Below are positions 12,963 to 26,390 of a DNA stretch of 64,000 nt, one piece after another. The DNA comes from Callorhinchus milii. Its lineage: Eukaryota. The stretch spans positions 26,290,001 through 26,354,000 of the forward strand of contig NW_024704743.1 in NCBI RefSeq assembly GCF_018977255.1. Direction: 5' to 3'. Under the pieces are notes generated by a model that was not told where the DNA came from, ran no database searches, and saw only the letters and a list, made by a program, of their open reading frames with translations. Numbering within the stretch: the stretch's first letter is position 1; every line of letters starts with the position of its first letter. A program made the translations under genes and the position numbers.

Positions 12963-13840
12963 CATATTATGTTAAGACTAGGAATTCTACATCAGATTGG
13001 ATCCATGACTTTGTAAGAGTATAGCAATTGTCTAGGTCACTGGGTTGAAAATAAAATCAGCCAATTTGGCTTGGGATAACAATCCAGTGCTTGCTTAGTT
13101 ATTTATATGACTTCTTCACATAGGGTATTGTTCTGTTCAACCTTTTGAATTTGTAGTACTACAACACCCTAGAATTTATAAAAAATAAATAAGCTCTTAT
13201 AAAACTGATTTCCTTAAAACTATTTTGTAATTGTCTTTGCTATTGTAAGCAGAATATAAAGTAATCTCTAAAACATGTAAAGGTTTTCCTGCTGTTTTTG
13301 TTAGTTGTGACATGTGGTGACCTTTGTTGAAACGGTTTACTTTCAAAATAAACCACTAAAGGTCAAATGATGATGAAAACTGCTGATGCTTACGTGTACC
13401 CACACCTGTTCTCCTTCACCTGGAATCTTGCAACACTGTTTAGAGAGCTCCCATCTCAACACCCTCATGACTTGTCTCACCTGGCTGCCAATCTGCACTT
13501 CTCCCAAATTCCACATTTCTTTGCTTCTAATGGTTAAACTTGATAATCTTCATAATATGTGTATAGCTGCGTTCCGAGAAGTTACTCTGTGTGAAAGGCA
13601 TTATCTAAATGCAAGTTGTTGGTGCTATTGTAATGACACCAACTTCTGTTTTAATTTGTGTTGCATCTCCATACCAGAGACTAATGGTTTTCCAAAGAAC
13701 AGATGTGGAGTGCTAAACCTGAAGAACTATGATTCAACTTTCAGCTTTTTTGAACGTATTATGTATGTTTTAAATATTTACAATATTACAATTCTTCAGT
13801 TTCATACTGAGGAATGCAAGTACTGTGGAATATAACATTT

Positions 13841-14121
13841 GTCTTGCAAGTGAGAGACCTGAGTTCAATTCCAGGCAGGGCGAAACCTTGGGCAAGTTTC
13901 CTTACTCCACAAGCCGAATAATAATCCCTCCAAAACAAAAACAATAATAAATTGGTCATTTTCAATCTACGACTGTTTGTGGGACATTGCTGTGCGCAAT
14001 TGGCTGCCGCGTTCGCCCACAAATATACAGTCAATTCACTTTACAGTGTGTTCTGTGAAGCGCTTTGGGACGTCCTCCTGACGTGAAAAGCGCTATATCA
14101 AATGCAAGGATTATTATTATT
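13841..14121 (+). mobile_element. SINE family A
   Basis: B-box GAGTTCAATTCC, body near-identical to the 33147 copy, (TTA)n tail. Confidence 0.9.
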
Positions 14122-15162
14122 TTTCCACCCGTTGTCAGGATGAAATGCTTCCCAGAAATAGGATGTGCCAAATGCAGAGTAAAGCTTACAAAGTTCTCAA
14201 TGTACCTTGGCATGTTACGTACTTCCGAAGTGTTCTAAATGTTCTTTGGTTTAAATAATAGGTCATCACATTTTTATTTGTTCTTACAATATCTACTTTT
14301 AACTGACTCTTTTCCCCCACCCTGTCCCCTTTGTCCTCTTGGGTCAGACAAACAGGATCGGACTGTGCACATTATTTATGGTTCATTATTGTCCAACCGG
14401 TCTGGCACCTTCTAAGGTGGGACAGGTCATTGGAGCAATTTTCTCTCCTTGAGGTGGTGGAAATAGTAATCTGAGAACTGGTGAAACTTGTCTACACAAA
14501 GTAACTGAGTTCAGGAGACGCCCAAATGCCTTGAATTTATATAGGAATTAGCAGGAGGAGGGGTGGGTGTGTGGGAATATTTCAATGGGAATTTTGGGCG
14601 AGGTGGGGTTGTGATCTTCTGGCATCACCTGAATTAAGAAAACAAGTAAAATCACTCAGTTGTAGAACTTAAACATCAGCTTAGTTGAGGTTGCTGTAAT
14701 TAGAAGGATAAATTAAATTAAATGTCTGGGTATTTTGAATGTAATATAAATACCATTAGACATGGTAGATTTAGTGTTGTTATTGTTTTTTGTTTGTGAG
14801 TTCTTTTGTAGTACCCAGTGAATGTTGATTCCACTCAAAAGTGTTGATGCATTTGGATGATAGAATAACAATGGGCTTTCCTTGTTTTGACTTCTTTTAT
14901 GTATACAGAGTTGTGTAAACCAAATAAAATCTTCTTTTTATTTAAAAAAAAAGAGGCACTACCATTGTGTTCGAGGACAGCAGTAAGTAACCCATTGGCC
15001 TCAGGCTAGGGAGGGGAAAATCAAGACCATCTGTATCCTGTGTCTCCTGCTGGAATGTGTAAGTGTTTGTTGGAAGAGGGCTGGATTGGGCCAGTGCTTG
15101 GAATCAATCTTGATTAGTTTGCACAGTAGTTTTCTTAAACTCCGCACCTCCAACTGGTGGCC

Positions 15163-15865
15163 ACAACAACAACTTGGATTTATATAGCGCCCTCCATGCT
15201 GGATGGCGTCTCAGAGCATTTCACAGTAACGAATCCCGGGGCCGAGCCAGGGGGAGGGGGAGGAAGGTAACCAAAGGCGTGGTTGAAAAGAACGGTCTTC
15301 AGCAGAGACCTGAAAATGGGAATGGAGGGAGTGAGACGAAGGGAGTGAGGAAGGGAGTTCCAGAGCGTCGGGGCATAGTGGTTGAATGCACGGCCGCCGA
15401 GGGTGGAGCGGAGGACTCAAGGGGACAGTGAGGAGGCCAGACCTGGAGGAACGAAGGCAACGCGCACTGTTTTGAGGAGAGAGGAGGTTTGAGAGGTAGG
15501 GGGCTGCAGAGGAGAGGGGGGATTTGAAGACAAGGGTGAGGATCTTGAAATCGATCCTCTCTGGGACAGACAGCCTGGCAAGGACTGGGGTAATCGGGGA
15601 GTGGAGTTTGGTTGGGTGAGAATGCAGGTTGCAGAGTTTGAATAACCTGGAGTTTATGGTTGGTAATGGATGGGAGGCCAGCGAGGAGGATGTTAGAATA
15701 GTCCAGCCGAGAGGTGACAAAGGCATGGACCAGGGTTTCAGCTGCTTTCAGAGAGAGGTATTGGCGGAGATGGGCGATGCGTTGGAGGTGGAAGAACGTG
15801 GTGCTGGTGAGGGACCGGATGTGGGGGAGGAAGGATAATTGGGGGTTGAACCTGACGCCTGCATT
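15163..15865 (-). mobile_element. L2 LINE 3' fragment
   Basis: ORF 15299-15979(-) contains AAETLVHAFVTSRLDYSNILLAGLP; (CAA)n tail at 15163. Confidence 0.9.
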
Positions 15866-16069
15866 ACTCAGGGGGAAGGGACATGTGTCTGAGCTGGTGG
15901 CAATGCTCTTGTGAATTTTATACTGTCTTGTGTTGCCTGCCAGGAAGCTTGCAGGCAGTTCCTGGTATCTTCCATCCAATTAGTGAATACTCTGACCTGT
16001 GCTTGCCAGACGTTGAATGACCAACTGGTGATTATCCTTGAGGGGGGGGATGGAGAGGAGGTAACTGTG

Positions 16070-16310
16070 GCAGTCTCAGTAGTCCAGGTGGGTTTGCAGT
16101 ACTCTAGCGCACTGCTGATGACAGCACAGTCAGGTTGGCTCATTGCAGGATGTGCAAGGGCAGACCAGTCAGTGGGGGCAAGGACTCTTCCCACTCAGTG
16201 CCTGTTAACCCTGCAAGGCAAAGCCTTAATGGGTCGGGTGGTCCTAGCTGGACAAGCAGTGGGAAAGCTTGTCAGACTGTGCTTTTAATGGCAACCTATG
16301 TATTTTTGTC
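16070..16310 (+). repeat. Unclassified interspersed repeat, copy 2 of 3
   Basis: Homologous to 6360-6650. Confidence 0.75.
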
Positions 16311-16429
16311 ATTACAAACCACCAATTTATGGAATATTTGGGACTATTGTATTGTTGATTCCCTTTCTCCCCCCCCACATTCTTTTTCTTTAAATAATGG
16401 ACTGACTGTAGAACTGGATGACATTAAAT

Positions 16430-17825
16430 TTCCTGCTCTCCAGCAATTGCTCCATCTCCAACCTCCCATTCCTCTCCAAGGCCCTGGAACGAGTTGTCGC
16501 TTCGCTCTTTTCTCTCCCGCCATTCCCTCTCTGAACCTCTCCAATTAGATTTCTGTGCTGCCCACAGCACAGAAACAGGCCTGGTGGAAGTCACGAATGA
16601 CGTTCTGAACATCTGCAACCAGGACTCACTGCCTTCTTGTCTTCCTCAACCTCTCTGCTGCCTTTGACACTGTCGACCATTCTGTTCTGCTACACCGCTT
16701 CTCCTCTCAGCTCAATCTTTGCAGACTTGCCCTTACCTTGTTTGAATCCTACCTCTCCCACCATCTCCACTTTGTTGCAACTAATGGCTTCTCTTCCAGC
16801 CCCCACACTGTCATGTGTGGTGTCCCTCAGGGCTCTGCCCTTGGTCCCCTCCTTTTCAATATCTATATGCTACCCCTTGCTGACATCATCTGCAGAGATG
16901 GGGTCAACTTCCACAAGTATGCGGATGACACCCCACTCTACCTCTCTGCCTTCACCCATGATTTCAGGACCACTGCTGTCCTGACAGAATGTCTGTCAGT
17001 TCTGGATGAAAGCTAACTTCCTGCAGTTGAATTTCAACGACTAAGACCCTCCTGCTTGGCTTCTGACAGCACTTCCAAACCTCAGGCGCTGACAGCATCT
17101 CACTCCATGGATGCACTCTACATCTCAAGGAGCCAATATGGAACCCCTGCATCCTGTTTGATCTTCAACTGTCTTTCATATCCCATATCTGTGCCTTGAC
17201 CTTTCCCCACCTCTACAACATTGTCCGGCTCTGCCACTGTCTCGCACCGCAGGCTGCTGAAACCCTTGTACACGCATTCATAACATCCAGGCTCAACCAC
17301 GCAAGCTCCCTGCTTGTCGGCCTCCCCAACTCCTCCCTCCATAGGCTGCAGATCATTCAGAATTCTGCAGCCCAGAATTCCTCTCCCGCACCAGGCTCCG
17401 TGACCCTATCCTCGCCTGACTCCACTGGCTTCCCATCACACAGAGGTACAGTTCAAGATCCTGGTTCTCACCTTCAAAGCCCCCCATGGCCTTGCTCCCC
17501 CTATCTCTTCGACTTCCTGAACCCCTACCATCCTGCTCACTCTCTCCATCAGTGGACTCCAGCCTGCTTCACATGCTCCGCCTCACCAATGGTGGGCAGG
17601 CCTTCAGGCACCCTGCCACCACTCTCTGGAACTCTATCCCGCAGTCCCTCCGCTTCGCCCCCTCCCTTGACTCCAAGATGCTTCTCTTCGACCATGCTTT
17701 CGGTCACCCTGCCCTCCACTCTCCCCAATCCTGACCCCCAGCTCGGGTCCAAAACACTGATTGTCCAGCGCCTTGGGACGTCCTCCTGACCCAAAAGACG
17801 CTATACAAATGTAATTGTGTTTGTT
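16430..17825 (+). mobile_element. Degenerate L2 LINE (RT domain to 3' end)
   Basis: [20 protein letters not shown]...YADDTPLY, AETLVHAFITSRL, and the L2 tail. Confidence 0.92.
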
Positions 17826-18727
17826 TAAGAAGCTTAATGTGAGAAATTAACATGGAACAATGCTTTCAGATTTACTGAGGTAACAGAGAAAGAGCCACAT
17901 GTATAGGAATGTAGGGCATGTTTGGAACTGATACCAAGAAGATACCTTTACATACATGGCAATCAATAGCTGGAATGGGTTATAAGGAAGCATGTCAGCT
18001 GGATATTTAATTGTGTGGGAGATATTCTGAGCCAGGGTAATAGCTCACAGTATATTAATATCAGAATATATAAGTTTCTGCTAGAAAGTAATATCTCAGT
18101 GTATAGTTTGGGACACGACATGTTAAGCGACTACCAGGATGGTGGAAGGCAAACTAGATGTACCCTGGTCTTCTTTCACCTTGCAAATTCTTATGTTCTA
18201 ATGGATAAGTACAACCCTCCTAAAACTTCATCCAACACAGTTTGATTCCTGAGGAGATTCCACAGAACATCCCTATTCATAAATTTGTCCTAGAAAATCA
18301 CTTTTTGAAATTGTTTGGTTGAGGTCTGAGCACTGAGTAAAAGTGATGTACAATATACAGGCAATGAGTAGTTCAACTTTGCGTAGTTCAATCCCATGGC
18401 AGCTGACAACGAATTTCACTTGAAATCGAGTCTGTCTTCCACTAAATTCTGTAAGTAATTGCATCTAAAATGCCTTCAATCATCTTTAGTTAAAAAGTGA
18501 TTTATTTGTGAATAATAGTGTTTTGATGTTGGGTGCTCTGAGGTAGAACAGCCCTCGCTTGGCTCTGGCGAGGAGAGAAAGAATCAGTCAGAGCTTCTGG
18601 TTCTAAATGCTATCCAATTACCCCATACTGGAAAGGGTGTGCATGTGACCAGGATCAAATGTGGGCCATGATTCAATACCCTGCAGACATACACTGTCAA
18701 GACTAGTGAGTGAAGGATCTTAAGAAG

Positions 18728-19015
18728 ACTTGCATTTAGTATGGAGTCTTTCACATTAGGAGGACATCCTAAATCTCTTCACAGTATTTACTGTAAAGTG
18801 TGTGTAAGACTGTTTGTGGGCAAAACCGGCAGCCAAGTTGTGCACAACAATGTAGCACAAACAACCGTAAAATAATGACCAAGCTTATTTGGGAGATTGT
18901 TTGCCAGGACACCGAGTGAAACTCTTTTCTTTGATAAGTGCTGTGGAATCTTTAATATCCACCTGAACAGGCAGAGGGGTCCTGATTTAAAGTCTCAGTC
19001 GAAGGGTGGCACCTT
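18728..19015 (-). mobile_element. DeuSINE-like copy
   Basis: Reverse-complement Deu core ATCTTTAATATCCACCTGAACAGGCAGA plus tail. Confidence 0.7.
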
Positions 19016-20080
19016 TTTAGTTAGCGCTGTAGTCAGTTTGTATTTTTAGGTGATGTCCAATGATCCATACTATTTTATCCTTAATGGGGCTGGATCCAGT
19101 TAATGTGGATAATCAGCTCTTTACTGTGTCAATTGCCAATAAAACAAACTTTCAGCAACTGGCTTCTTTTGAAGGTTATGTTTGATCGAAAATGCCAAAT
19201 TTACCTTTTCTTGCACAATTCAGCCCCCCCACCCTCTAATTTTTTCTGAATTTTAAAAAAATGTCTGATGTTCCTTTGCATTTAAATCATTTGAATTGTG
19301 TTTGTGGTCATACATCAACCTCAACACTGAAGGACTGAGCAAACTCTGATGTCCCCTCTACTGGGCTCTATTGTGCATTACATGAGCACTTTTCGTATAT
19401 ACTGGACTCTCCGATGTGTTACATTTGTAATAATTCTTGCATTTGGTATAACATATGATCAAAATGCTTCACATAACTTTGCTATTCAATGTAGGGACTG
19501 TATTTGAAGGTGAATGCAGCAACCAATTTGCACGTAGCAATGTCGCACAAACTGTTGTGAAATGAATGACTAATTTTATTTGGAATGTTGTCCAGGTCAA
19601 ACTCCCTTCACCTTTCAAATAGTGTCACAGGATCTTTAAAATGCAGATACCACTTTAGTTAAACATCATTTGAAGTACAGTATCTCTGAGAATGCAGCAT
19701 CCCCAGGCCTGGATTATAAACTCAAACAGCCGATAAAAGGCTTCAATTTAGAACTTCTGACTCAGGCAACAATGCTACCAACTGAGCTAGGCTCACACCT
19801 ATACTATATTTATTTCATAGCCTTTATTTTGCTTATTGCAATGCTTTTTAATTGGGGGGAATTTAGTTGAGTAAATATTTATGCCTATTTTCTAAACGAG
19901 CCATGTTAAATGGAATCGTATATTTTTGTTGTAGTAACCATTTTTAAAAACCTGACTTAACAATTTTTATTACAGCTATTAATTACTGATGAATGACAGT
20001 TTAAATCAAACTGGGAGTCCCTATAATTTGCAAGGTGTAGACATAACTACCAAAAAACTATCTTTATCGTTCCTCTCATA

Positions 20081-20440
20081 ATGTAGCTCAGTGGTTAGAG
20101 CACTCGCCTCGCCAGCAAGAGACCTGAGCTCAATTCGTGGTAGGGTGAAGCTTTGGGCAAGTTTTCTTAATCCACACACCTCTATTTACCTAGCAGTAAG
20201 TAGGAGCTCAATGGTTAGTTGATTGGTGGATTGCTTTTATATAGGTAATAATTCCTCCAAAAAAAACAATTGGTCACTCAATCCACGGCTGTTTGTGGGA
20301 CACTGCTGTGCGCAATTGGCTACCGCGTTTTGCTGACAAAATATACAGTCAATTCACTTTACAGTATATTCTGTGAAGCACTTTGAGATGTCTTGAAGAC
20401 GTGATAAAGCGCTATATCAAATGCAAGGATTATTATTATT
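20081..20440 (+). mobile_element. SINE family A, long subfamily, near full length
   Basis: A-box TAGCTCAGTGG, body with an extra internal segment of about 70 bp, (TTA)n tail. Confidence 0.9.
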
Positions 20441-21367
20441 AGAACTGCTCTTGCCTAGCAATCCGTAGGAGAGATTACCCTTTAGTGGAACTCAAAATGA
20501 AATGTGCACATAAGTAGTATATTTAAGTGATTGTAACATAAATGATTCCTTTCACCTAAAAATACAAACTAAACTTTGGAAATAATTAGTTGGTGTCACC
20601 TAAATTTTCAGATCTGTCATTTCCAGCTTGTATATCCTGGAAACTTTCTCTCTTTCCTTGCCCTTTAAAGCATACCTTCGATCGTGCTTTTGGTCACCTT
20701 TATTCCTCTTGGCACCCAGTTCTGCTCCCAGCTTGCTCTGTGAAACCCTTTTGAGACATCTTGTCAACATAAAAGTTGCTATGTAAATGGTTGCATTTCC
20801 ACTTGCCAGATAGTGGGCAAGTTGCTTTCCAGTTCAGAGTAATGTGGGCAAACTGGAGGCACTCTCGCTGTTTACAAGCAGGGCCTGTAGGTGTTAAGAA
20901 ATCATTTTGTACAACAAAAAAATATTGCATTCAAATTGCGATCAAATCACATCAGAAGGTTGTGCAGAGTGGGGTATGGAGGGAAATCGTGGTGATCTGT
21001 GTGATGCTGAAAGCTTGTGGAGTAGGGCTTGTAGTTTTTTGTTGAATATTTATATCCCCTAATTCTCCTTCAAAATAAGAATGACCCTGAAAATACTGCA
21101 TGAAGCAAAAGTGATCGAATAGCCCACATACAGCCTATTTAAGCTTTATTTTTAAAAAAAGGACTTTTGGGGGGATAGAAAATAAATTCAAACAGCTTTC
21201 AATTAGCAATTAACTGCTGTTTCCTTTAGAAATCTTTCATTGCTGCTTTTTGTTATTGGAAATTGTTGTGGCTTATTGCGATTTAATCCTTCATACACCA
21301 AGGATTAGCTTCATGACTATTAAAAGTATTTTGTACTGTAAAAATTTTATGGCTTCAAGCTTAATTG

Positions 21368-21508
21368 TTATAATAATAATCCTTGCATTTGATATAGCTC
21401 TTTTCATGGCTTCTCGACGTCTCAAAGTGCTTCACAGAATAGACTGTAAAGTGAATTGACCGTATATTTGTGGGCGAAACGCGGCAGCCAATTGCGCACA
21501 GCAGTGTT
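21368..21508 (-). mobile_element. SINE family A 3' fragment
   Basis: Tail and 3' body match family A. Confidence 0.85.
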
Positions 21509-24500
21509 GTTGCACTGAGAGTGTATGCCTGGAGACTTGACATTGGTTCGTGGAACTGAAAGCATCCGGAATCCAAAGCTGCATGTGGGATGAACTAGCA
21601 AACGTCTTGCTGCTTTTCCTACTAGGACAACACCACCAATTATGCCATTGGCTTGCTCAGTTATCGAAGAATTGATTTCTTCCTACCCCACGTGAGCCAA
21701 GCAGATTTGGTCAATATGCAGTGGAGTACTTTCGAGGGGGAGGGGAGAAGTGGGGCAAAAGAACAACCAAAAAGAGAAGATGATCAGTAGTGCAACTATT
21801 CTGAATTTGATAATCGACAGAAATGTGTACTGGTCGTATAAAAAGTAAACAATATGGATGAGGATAGCATCTTGGTGTGTTGAGTATAAAAGTAGTGAGC
21901 AATATTGAAATGATTGAAACCATGAATATAAACCCCAACTGTCTTTCCTCCCCCACAACCGGCCCCTAACCGAGACTGCTTCCCTCCTGTAAGGATGGAT
22001 GAAAGTAATAGCCTAATAAGTATGAATAAAAATCAATTAACAAAGGTGGAAAGGCAGATCTAAAAAGTGCAAACACAGCAGCAGTAGAAACCGCACAGAC
22101 CAGCACATACTAGACTCAAACACTGAAACAGTCAAGGAAAGAGAGAGAGAAAAAAGGAAACCTCGTCACAGATACCAGTTGGATTTAACTGCTGATCCAG
22201 CCTCCTTTCCTCGCGCACTGATTCTACCCTACCGGGTAGAGTATAATTCTGTTTGCATTGCCCAAATAATTAGTTTCTAAGCTTGTAAAATCCTCTCGCT
22301 CATCTACAAATCCCTTCACACCTTGGGGCCTCACTAACATCCTGATCTGCTTTATCCCCAATCTACTACCCACTGCCTCCACTCGGCTGGCTCTGACATC
22401 CCGCTTGTCTTTTGTCCCCTCCACTCCACCATCTGCGGCCATGTTTTCAGCCACTACACCTCAAAGCTTTGGAACTGTCTTCCCCAATGCCTCTGCCTTG
22501 CTCTGTCCTTCCCTTTTAGATCAAGACTGAAGACCTTCCTCTTCAACCGTGCTTACCGTCACCCTCTCCTTCCTCCTGGCTCGTCGTCCGGTTCCACTCC
22601 TGTTATGTTCTCCGAGACGCTGCCCTGTGTGAAGGGTGTTATATAAATCCATGTTTTTATGAGTCAATTTTCTGGGGAAAATGGTTAATTCTGTCAGTTC
22701 AACCCTGGTTTATTTTCATTTGTTTTGATAAGACTGTTATAAATGGGATTGTGCCGACATCCTTAATGTTCACCTGAGCAGGGAAACAGGACCTCTGTTT
22801 CTTGGTGCCCAGGTATAAAATACTGAAAGATATATTTTAAATTGATTTGGCTACTGCAGAGCAATGATGTACACCAAAACCCATTTGTGGGGCGTGGGGT
22901 GGGGGAAGGTTTAGTCCAGCAAGCTGGAGTTTCTGGCTAAGTAAAATCAATGCCAGTACCAGCATTTACTGGGTTTTTTCACCGGCTCTTTTCAGTGCTG
23001 GTAAATACGGGTAACGGGATTGTAATTGTTGAATCCTGCGAGCAGAAGATGGCGATTGAGTTATCTTCTGCTCACAGATTTCGAATCAAGTCAAAGTAGA
23101 TATCTTAGGCCACCACAGACCAGGAAGCATGTTCAGGTGGGGGCTGCGGTCGAGGAGAGAAGGCTGGCGAGTGTCTACACTGGGTCCATGGAAATTCTGT
23201 TATTATTTTCTGTTTCGGGCCTAGTCTGGCTAGATCCCAATTCCAGATGCAGAGCTCAGTAAGATGGGGAGTTACTCTATTAGCATTTTTAGTCAGGGAT
23301 GGTAGATATGGACAGATTGTTTATAGGACATCAAATGCTGTACGTGCAGTGATTGGTGGATGTGGGTCTGCACCTTTCTTACTCTTCCTTTCCCCCGCCC
23401 CAACACACACACTATTTTTTGATATTAACTTTCCGAAAAGATAATATACCATGGAAGCCTTGAGCTTTGTTCAGACCTAGTATGAGTGTAAACATTTTTA
23501 GGGCTATAGTGGCAGACTGCAGAGCTACAAATGGAGCGTGTAAATATAATTATTGCTCACAATGGTGATTCTTCTAATAAAACCTAAGATAGTAGTTCAG
23601 TGATGGAGTAAAAATGTTTAATATCCACCTGATCAGACAGACAGGACCTCAGTTTTGCATTGGATCTGAAGGACACCATCTCCCAACAAATGCAGGATAT
23701 TGGAGAGTCAGCCTATACTGTGAATTCCAAGACTTGATGTGGTGCTGGAACCCACAAACTTCTGACTCTTGAGGCGAGAGTACTACCAACTGAGCCAGGT
23801 TGACGATGCACAGTGTTCATACAAAAGAATGGGAGTGTAAGTGAGGATGGATTTTTTTCCGAAACAAGACTTATTATAGCTATAACAATGAAGGTTAAAG
23901 TTATATTTAACAGAAAGCTTCAACATTGTGAGACATTCTTTGAGGATAAATGAGAGCAATATTCCCACTTCTCGCTTGAGTCACAAATCAAGGCTGAAGA
24001 CCACTGTTATGGCTTAGAAAATAAATTTTTTAACAAGTAATTGGATAAATATTTTGAACAGAATCAATACAAAAGGGTAAAAGTTGGAAGAGCTGCCGCA
24101 AAGATGGGCTGAATGATGCTATGTACTATATTATCTGATCTATGCTAAGTATTTAAGTATTTGAGATGCAATAAATTCTACTGTGCTGCTGTTCATTCTG
24201 AAATACTGGCACAAGTTTTTATTTGTCAGGTCCCTGGTTTCAGAAGAGGTAGGTAACCAGTGTATTGAGACGTCCTCCCATGAAAGGCGCTGTACAAATG
24301 TAATTTTGTTGTTTTATGGCATGTGAATAGGTATTGTACGCATTAGGCAGAAAGTGGAATGTACCTGGAACATTGACTGAAAGGGAGAAAGATTGCCCCA
24401 CTACCAGGAAGGAGATCCACAATTATTGTAATGTGCGTAGGTCTTTATTTGCAAGAAAACAAACTCCTCCTGAAACATCAACAGATGAACAACAACTTGG

Positions 24501-24711
24501 ATTTACATAGTGCCCTCTACGTTGAACAATTAACTTCATCTCTGTAAAGGAGAGTGAAGCAATGTTTGATTTTGCTGTGACTAAAGTACATAAGTATATC
24601 TATATATACACAAATAATATATACATATATATTTACAGTATATTCTGTGATGCTCTTTGAGACATCTCAATGACATAAGGCGCCATAACAAATTGCAAGG
24701 ATTATTATTAT

Positions 24712-25224
24712 ATAAGAATATAGGAATTGCTAGAAGAAATTCGTCTTCAACCATCCTGGCAGTTGCTTGCACTTGTCATGTCCCAAACTATATCCTGAGA
24801 TATTATTTCCTTACAGGAATCTATCTAATTTGTTATTGAAAGAATTAACACTTCCTGCTTCCGCCATCTCCCTCGGGGACCTGTTCCATACATTTACTAC
24901 TCGCTCACTGAAACAGTGTTTCTGCAGACTTGTTTTGAATTTACCTCCCTCAATCGCAGGTTGTGTCCACTGGTTTTACTGTTCTATACAAGATAAAACA
25001 GCTCATCACTGTCCACATTATCTGGTGCCTTTAGAATCTTGAAGACCGCAATCAAATTACCCCTCAACTTTTTTTCCAGTGTGGATGTACCCAGTTAGCC
25101 AAATTGCTCCTCGCAAGTCCAGTCCCTTCATCCCCTCAATCATTCTGGTTGCCCTCCTCTGTATCCTCTCAGTACGCTGCAATACCCTTTTTTGTAAGTG
25201 GGGTTGCACCGATGATTAATTGGT
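24712..25224 (-). mobile_element. CR1-clade LINE 3' fragment (a different subfamily)
   Basis: Minus strand reads K.IAA.ER.QRRATRMIEGMKGL..EE.., RGNLIAVFKILKG...; CR1-like 3' end at about 24715. Confidence 0.75.
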
Positions 25225-25354
25225 GACAGGATTACACCACTATTTCGGCTCAATATGCAGATCCATTGCAAAGTGGGTCATGGAATTTGGGTGTGTGATT
25301 GCATTTAGTAATGGGATTTTGTTTGGGAAAATATAACTTTGTATCACTCACAAA

Positions 25355-25540
25355 ACACAAAATACTGCAGATGCTGGAATCTGAAACAAAAACAGAAAGA
25401 ACTGGGAAAACTCAGCAGGTCAGGCAGCATCTATGGAGAAAGGAAAGTGAGTTAACCTTTCGTGTCCACGACTCTTCGTCAGAACTGGCGAATTTCATAG
25501 ATGCTGCCTGACGTGTTCCCAGCTCTCTCTGTTTTTGTAA
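25355..25540. repeat. Palindromic interspersed repeat (hairpin element)
   Basis: Perfect 17-bp inverted repeat GTCAGGCAGCATCTATG 25419-25435 / CATAGATGCTGCCTGAC 25496-25512, with imperfect outer arms (ACAAAAACAGAAAGAACTGGGAA / TTCCCAGCTCTCTCTGTTTTTGT). Confidence 0.75.
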
Positions 25541-25989
25541 CTTTATATCACTACTGGTTGAACTGCCAATGCAACTATTGCTTGACACGAACCAAGGTAA
25601 TGTATTCAATTATGCAGGTATAGTTCATCATTTGATATTTTTAACACTTAATTCAACAATAATAATAATAATCCTTGCATTTGATGTAGCAATCGTACCA
25701 GAAGAATCTATTTGATTTCTGGAAACATATAGGTTATGAAAAACTTGCACAGGTGGTTTTGAGATCAGAGAGGATTAATTAGAGAGAGAGACAACCACTG
25801 CTACTAATTAATCATTGGTGCAATCGCACTTACAAAAAAGGTATTGCAGCGCATTGAGAGGGTAAAGAGGGCAACCAGAATGATTGAGGGGATGAAGGAA
25901 CTGGACTTGTGAGGAGAAATTTGGCTGTGCTGTGGGCAGAGCAGAAAGAGGACTGAAGAGGCTCGTGCAAGGAGAGGTGTGAGCAAAGT

Positions 25990-26390
25990 TGTTTGGCAAC
26001 CATGAGCTTCGGAACTTAGAAAACTTCAGAAGTTAGAAATGGGTCAATAATTTGTAAGGTTAAAGAGATTGAGAGTGTTTTTTGTTTTGAGGAGGGGAGT
26101 GATAATGGTTTTGGGGGAGTGTGGGACAGAGCCTGAGGAGAGGGACTGGTTCACTGTCTATCAGCAAATTCCAGAGGAGGGGGCATTGAGTGACCAGCAG
26201 CTGGGTGGGGAAGTTGTCGAGGCAACAGGTGGTGAGCTTCATGTGGGTGATGATGGTTGAGGGGATGTAGGAGAAATTGGGGCAAGGGAGTGTAGGGTGG
26301 GGCCAGAAGTAGGGGATGTAGAAGGCATGAGTGGGGGGGGGGGGGTTTGCCAGGGAACACGAGAGGAGGCAACGATACAGGATCTCTTCT
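25990..26390 (-). mobile_element. Degenerate L2 ORF2 pre-RT fragment
   Basis: MKLTTCCLDNFPTQLL resembles the L2 'MKPTTCxLDPIPTxLL' motif. Confidence 0.6.

Noticed and set aside
13031..13046. TCTAGGTCACTGGGTT resembling an LF-SINE head
   Set aside because: Only about 16 bp, with no supporting flanking similarity.
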